Assembly (NCBI GenBank): GCA_963703315.1
Contig: OY969811.1
Coordinates: forward strand, 1,792,001 to 1,856,000
Reading direction: 5' to 3'
Source: an uncultured cyanobacterium
GTDB lineage: Bacteria; Cyanobacteriota; Cyanobacteriia; Pseudanabaenales; Pseudanabaenaceae
DNA length: 64,000 nucleotides
Within the stretch, counting starts at the first letter, position 1. Every line of letters begins with the position of its first letter. Under the pieces are notes generated by a model that was not told where the DNA came from, did no database searches, and was given only the letters and a program-made list of their open reading frames with translations. Made by a program: the position numbers and the translations under genes. This document shows, in pieces, positions 59,560 through 64,000 of the stretch.

Positions 59560-60852
59560 TTAGATGGCACTCTCAATTTGGGCGATCGCTTGTTCAGGAG
59601 TCGCATTACCATAAATCACAGACATAATCGCTGGGAGATACTGATCCATCGTCAAAACATTGGTATAAATCAATTGTCTGAGCAAAGCAAAGGTAATGCG
59701 ATCGCCATTGACATCAATACTCGTTTTAAAGCGAATTTCTCCATCCGAAAAATCCATCTCAAAGTTACCCATCAATAAACAATAATTACAACGGGTTAAC
59801 AATTCTGCAAGGCTATATCTACGGTTTTCAGGAACATTCACAGGACAGACAGAATAAAATGCTATCCTTTGCTTTTCTTCTAAACTCCATGCATAACAAG
59901 CCCACTGACCATTTTCGCCCTGAAACATAGATCGAAGAACTGGTTCTCCTTCGGTCTGCACAAAATCCCAATTATCGCGTTGAAAGAAATCTACTAATGC
60001 TTCCAGTAATTGCGGTGATGGAGTATCTGCCTCATCATCTAGAGATACATTAATATCATCCAACTGATTAATTAAACCTGTAATCTCTGCTTGAAAATCT
60101 GAACTAAGCTCCTGCGATAGTACATTAGAGAATAGATTATTAGACTTCTTGGATTTTTTCTGTTTTTTTGACTTTGGAAGGTTCTGTTTTGCTTGTGGTG
60201 GCAGTTGTTGATTAATCAATTGTTTCACAAATTCAATAACTTCAGATTGGATTTCACTATTTTCACCTAAAGATATTTTCGAGAAATTTGTCTTAATTTG
60301 CTCTTCGACAAACTGATTCATGACTTCTGTCATGCGCCCATTACTAAGTGCTTCTTCACTCATGTCCGAAGGCTTGATATATGTCCAAATGGTACGATAG
60401 CCATAGATGTCAGGTTCTAGCCCCTGTGTTACTGATAAGCCCAGCCAATTTTCTGTAGACAAAAAGGAACTACTTGGTTTATTTTGACTGAGATGTTGGA
60501 AAAAACTGCTAAGTTCTTCTAGATCTGTCACTTTTGTAGCTAATTGTGAAAATAGCTCTGGCTGCAAACTCACTTGAAGAATAACATTCTGATCGGGAAC
60601 TAAGGTTTGGTGAGAAATGGGAATCCTAAATTCAGGATTAAGATTGAACAAGGCATCCGTATCTATTCTTCGATAAATTTCTGGATCAGCTTGAAGCGTT
60701 AGGTTACATTCTAATATTTCACCTTCTGTTTGAATCATGCTTAAATCTAATACTTGCAAGCTTAGGGAAGCTTGATGGGGATCAAAAAAAGTTAAATTAT
60801 TTCCCACAACATAATCAAGGATAGGAATATTTTGTGTTACAGAATCAGACAT
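59560..60852 (-). CDS. YbjN domain-containing protein
   Basis: C-terminal FQGENGQW..FYSVCP...ELLTRCNY...GNFEMDFSDGEIRFKTSID. Confidence 0.85.
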   Translation of the reverse strand: MSDSVTQNIPILDYVVGNNLTFFDPHQASLSLQVLDLSMIQTEGEILECNLTLQADPEIYRRIDTDALFNLNPEFRIPISHQTLVPDQNVILQVSLQPELFSQLATKVTDLEELSSFFQHLSQNKPSSSFLSTENWLGLSVTQGLEPDIYGYRTIWTYIKPSDMSEEALSNGRMTEVMNQFVEEQIKTNFSKISLGENSEIQSEVIEFVKQLINQQLPPQAKQNLPKSKKQKKSKKSNNLFSNVLSQELSSDFQAEITGLINQLDDINVSLDDEADTPSPQLLEALVDFFQRDNWDFVQTEGEPVLRSMFQGENGQWACYAWSLEEKQRIAFYSVCPVNVPENRRYSLAELLTRCNYCLLMGNFEMDFSDGEIRFKTSIDVNGDRITFALLRQLIYTNVLTMDQYLPAIMSVIYGNATPEQAIAQIESAI

Positions 60853-61333
60853 CAATAGATTTTCCTTTTACTTGTAGGTGTCCCCATATTGCCGTACCTA
60901 CAGCCGTAACAATTGTAGACACTGCGACTATAGTAAACCTTGACCAAATTACTTGCTTGATCAAAGCTGGACTGAGTTCAGTTGCACTTTTACCGCCAAA
61001 TATCGTTGGAATATTTGTGGCAGGAACGAAGAAGATAAAAGTAGCAAATAAAGCGCCTAACGCTCCAGTTACTAACATCAAAACTAAAGCATCGGAACTA
61101 TTTAGATAAACGGATCGTGACTTTGATTTGAGATTTAGCCAAGTTGAGACTATCAATGTGGCTGGTAAAATAACCACAAGTGAAAGATAAACGTTAGCGG
61201 CTACAGAGGCGATCGCCTCAATGCTACCACCTCCAACCAGCAATCCAATCCAGCCAGCCACTACACCAATCAATAAGCCAATAAATCCTAAGGCGATCGC
61301 TTGATAGAAACCTGATTTGATAATTTGTGCCAT
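60845..61333 (-). CDS. Four-TM membrane protein
   Basis: Four hydrophobic helices; its stop overlaps the YbjN gene start. Confidence 0.7.
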   Translation of the reverse strand: MAQIIKSGFYQAIALGFIGLLIGVVAGWIGLLVGGGSIEAIASVAANVYLSLVVILPATLIVSTWLNLKSKSRSVYLNSSDALVLMLVTGALGALFATFIFFVPATNIPTIFGGKSATELSPALIKQVIWSRFTIVAVSTIVTAVGTAIWGHLQVKGKSIDV

Positions 61334-61375
61334 GCTAATGTCTCCTAACTTTTACGACCAAACCATCGGCTTCTA

Positions 61376-64000
61376 CTAGACTTTAGATCCAACTTCAGCC
61401 GCAATTTGAGCCGCATTTGCAGCTTCTATTCCAACAGATTGCTCAGCAACAATTGCATTCGGAACTTGTGCTTTGGTCGCCAATAGTTGCTCTTTAAAGT
61501 TTTCGACTGGCTGTTTAGAACCTGTAAGTTCTAGCATGAGATTCATCAGCTTACCTTTCACTCTAGCCACTACCTGTTTAACACGCTTAGCAATATTTAA
61601 AAATTTGGATTTCAGCCAGTTTTTGATTTGAGAAAATATACTTGGTTTCTTAGGAGCTTCTTCTGCCTGAAGCCCCAGTTCCTGCTCAGCTTTGCGAACA
61701 TCCTGATCAGCTTGTTCTAGTTCCCCTTCTCCTAGTTTTTTAGATTTCCCTTTTACTTTTGTAGCTTTGTCTGCTTCTCCTTCAGCCTGTGCAGCTTGTT
61801 GGGTTGCTGTCTGTGTACCCTGAGAAGCCGCTTCAACTTTGCCTAGCACCTCCGAGTTCACCTTAGATTCTGTTTCGTTCATTGCTGCTAGCGCATCTGT
61901 TTGATCTGTAACTTCAGTGGAGCTAGCATTCTGCGCTTCTCCTGCAAAATTGGCAACCATAGAGGCAGCTTGTCTAACTTCAGCAGGGGTAGAACCTGAA
62001 CCTGAGGGTCTCGATATTGCCCCTGAGCGTGAACGATTAGTCTGGATCACAGTTGTCGAATCTTTCTTCGGTTGAATTGTTGTTGAAGTGGTAGATGTCG
62101 AAGTTGGTGTAGTTGTAGATGATGGAGTAGATGTACTAGGTCTGGATGGAGTAGATGTACTAGTTGTAGTTGTAGTTGTAGGCGTTGTTGTAGTAGGTGT
62201 TGGCGTTGGTCTAGTGCTTGATAGCTGTTCATTTTCATCAGATAGAGAGCCAGTAACTGAACCACCAATATCCCCAGTCGTTGCAAATGGTTGTCCTGAT
62301 AATGTAGAAGCTAAATCGCCAATCTTGTCACCCGATAAACCTCCACTTCCTTGAGCTAGTCCACCCGAAATGACCCCAAGCAAAGCACCAAAAGCATCTC
62401 CACCATCTTTCCAAAGTTTTGCTTTAATCTTTGCTTTTTCTGCGGGATCACCTGTTGCGTTATCAAATTTTGCTAATCGGACGACATTACTACCAATTAA
62501 GACAAGTTTGAGTCCTAATACAACGGCAGACATTGCTAGTCCTACGGTTCCAGCAACACTGGCAATTGCCAACAGCACCGCACCCGCACCCGCCGCCGCC
62601 GTCAAAATTGCACCTGCAATCCCTGTTACTAAGGCGATCGAGCCTGCAATCATACCTAAATTTTTGCAAGTCAAGGCAATTCCTTCTAGGACTTGCATAA
62701 ATGTACCGAGAGGACCTGTACCAAACTTGGCGTTTTTATCTTCAGGCTTAGCTATAGTCTTATAGTCTTCAATCCATTTTGCCCAAAATCGTGGATTGAT
62801 CGGAGCTAGACCCGCGTTTAAAAGCCCCTCTCCAACGCCTAGAACACCTTTTGCTACTGGGTTAGACGGATCTGAAGCAATTCGCTCATTTATACCTCCT
62901 TCACCAAAGTAGCCATCCCTTTGGATAATATCGGCGGATTGTTTTGAAACAAGTGGTTTTGTCTGAATATTCCGATCGCTTGTATTCAATTTGCCAACTT
63001 GCTGATTAACGAGCAATTCTGGTTGAGTTTCTAAGGATTTGGGCTGAAGGCGATCGCGCTTCGTTTGGAGATTTGCTTTAATAGAGCTTGCGTCTAAAGC
63101 CAAAATGTCACCAGATAGGGTTCTTGGCTTTAATTGCAAATTTGCATCAGTTGAAGAGTTGGCAGCCGATTCTATTTGGGTTTCCCAACTTTTTTGAGGC
63201 TTAAGTTTATTAGAGCGAGCGATCTTACGAGAAATATTCTGATCGTTATTGTATTGAAAACTGGACTGAGATTTATATTTAGTTAATGCTTGGTTTGGCT
63301 TACATTGTAATGGCGATGCCCCTCCTTGCTGGACAACGTGGGTAAACTCATGAGCAATCAGCTTTTGACCTTCAACGTTGTTGGGATTATATTCACCTTT
63401 TTTAAAGAAAACATCTTGACCTGTCGTAAAAGCTCGAGCATTCAGCGATCGATTTAGAACATCTGCTTTTCCATCAGTGTGAATATTTACGCCACTAAAG
63501 TCTGCACTCATTGCATTTTCCATTTTGAGGCGCAATTGATTAGGAAGCTTTTGACCAGAGCCTCTAGCACTATTAATTGAACTCTCAACATCAGAAGATG
63601 CTTCTGTTGAATCACCATCTGATCGCCTCTGGAGCAAAGGCTTCATCTGTATTTCTTCGTCTTCCAGATCTTGTCTTTGAAGAAGAGAATCATCAGCCTT
63701 CATTTGTATTTCTTCATCTTCTTCCATGACATCTTGTCGTTGGATAGACTGCGCCTGTACAGGTGAATTAATTTGCTGAACTACTTTTGCTGCCATAGCA
63801 TCAGCTTCTTGTTCATATTTGTCATTTGGAGCGCCGACTGCTAACTTTGCTTGAAGAGATTTTGCTTGTAGAGCAGCTTGGAGCTTAGGCTTACTAGGAG
63901 TTTCTAGAATAGATGAAAATGAAGTGTTGTCTAGGTTCTGATCAAAATTGTTGACTTCCTCAAGATTAGCTTCAGGAGATATTGATTTCTCCTGTATAGA
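61376..64000 (-). CDS. DUF4157 (eCIS-core) domain protein, 5'-partial
   Basis: Frame is open to base 64000 (…LQAKLAVGAPNDKYEQEADAMAAKVV). QRQ..EEIQMK repeats; DFSGVNIHTD..ARAFTTGQDVFF..LIAHEFTHVVQQ. Confidence 0.9.
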   Translation of the reverse strand, partial: SIQEKSISPEANLEEVNNFDQNLDNTSFSSILETPSKPKLQAALQAKSLQAKLAVGAPNDKYEQEADAMAAKVVQQINSPVQAQSIQRQDVMEEDEEIQMKADDSLLQRQDLEDEEIQMKPLLQRRSDGDSTEASSDVESSINSARGSGQKLPNQLRLKMENAMSADFSGVNIHTDGKADVLNRSLNARAFTTGQDVFFKKGEYNPNNVEGQKLIAHEFTHVVQQGGASPLQCKPNQALTKYKSQSSFQYNNDQNISRKIARSNKLKPQKSWETQIESAANSSTDANLQLKPRTLSGDILALDASSIKANLQTKRDRLQPKSLETQPELLVNQQVGKLNTSDRNIQTKPLVSKQSADIIQRDGYFGEGGINERIASDPSNPVAKGVLGVGEGLLNAGLAPINPRFWAKWIEDYKTIAKPEDKNAKFGTGPLGTFMQVLEGIALTCKNLGMIAGSIALVTGIAGAILTAAAGAGAVLLAIASVAGTVGLAMSAVVLGLKLVLIGSNVVRLAKFDNATGDPAEKAKIKAKLWKDGGDAFGALLGVISGGLAQGSGGLSGDKIGDLASTLSGQPFATTGDIGGSVTGSLSDENEQLSSTRPTPTPTTTTPTTTTTTSTSTPSRPSTSTPSSTTTPTSTSTTSTTIQPKKDSTTVIQTNRSRSGAISRPSGSGSTPAEVRQAASMVANFAGEAQNASSTEVTDQTDALAAMNETESKVNSEVLGKVEAASQGTQTATQQAAQAEGEADKATKVKGKSKKLGEGELEQADQDVRKAEQELGLQAEEAPKKPSIFSQIKNWLKSKFLNIAKRVKQVVARVKGKLMNLMLELTGSKQPVENFKEQLLATKAQVPNAIVAEQSVGIEAANAAQIAAEVGSKV

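Noticed and set aside
62075..62215. gttgta/gtagatg low-complexity repeats
   Set aside because: Coding Thr/Ser/Pro linker of the DUF4157 protein; the overlapping Val-rich ORFs are shadows.
1..64000. Abundant GCGATCGC octamer
   Set aside because: This is the well-known cyanobacterial HIP1; used only as a taxonomic and foreign-DNA marker.

Overview
Cyanobacterial chromosome segment: GCGATCGC (HIP1) is very frequent, and psaF/psaJ, ndhP, CP12, PAM68, rbcR and cruG are present. The style is Pseudanabaena-like, which is an inference. The backbone is housekeeping and photosynthesis genes, interrupted by accessory modules. Defence-type modules: a partial DUF4011/SF1-helicase/Vsr-like gene with an ISAs1 element inserted in its last codons; vapBC; mazEF followed closely by an OLD-family ATPase-TOPRIM nuclease; and an Abi-like nuclease. 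Other accessory modules: a T4-like RNA ligase plus polynucleotide kinase/phosphatase pair; a divK/pleD-like cassette; a V4R/ferredoxin/bilin-less phycobiliprotein cluster; a pyruvate kinase split by a 220-bp MITE; and a DUF4157 effector + 4-TM protein + YbjN cassette at the right edge. Non-coding signals: a pervasive family of GC-NNN-GC triloop palindromes, some inside ~100-120 bp MITE/REPIN-like units; a candidate ~270-nt structured RNA upstream of rpsO; and a consensus promoter flanked by palindromes before a PEP-CTERM-like gene. Two small genes missing from the ORF track (psaJ, ndhP) and tRNA-Ala(CGC) were found by reading the sequence. All family calls are by motif recognition; no searches were run.
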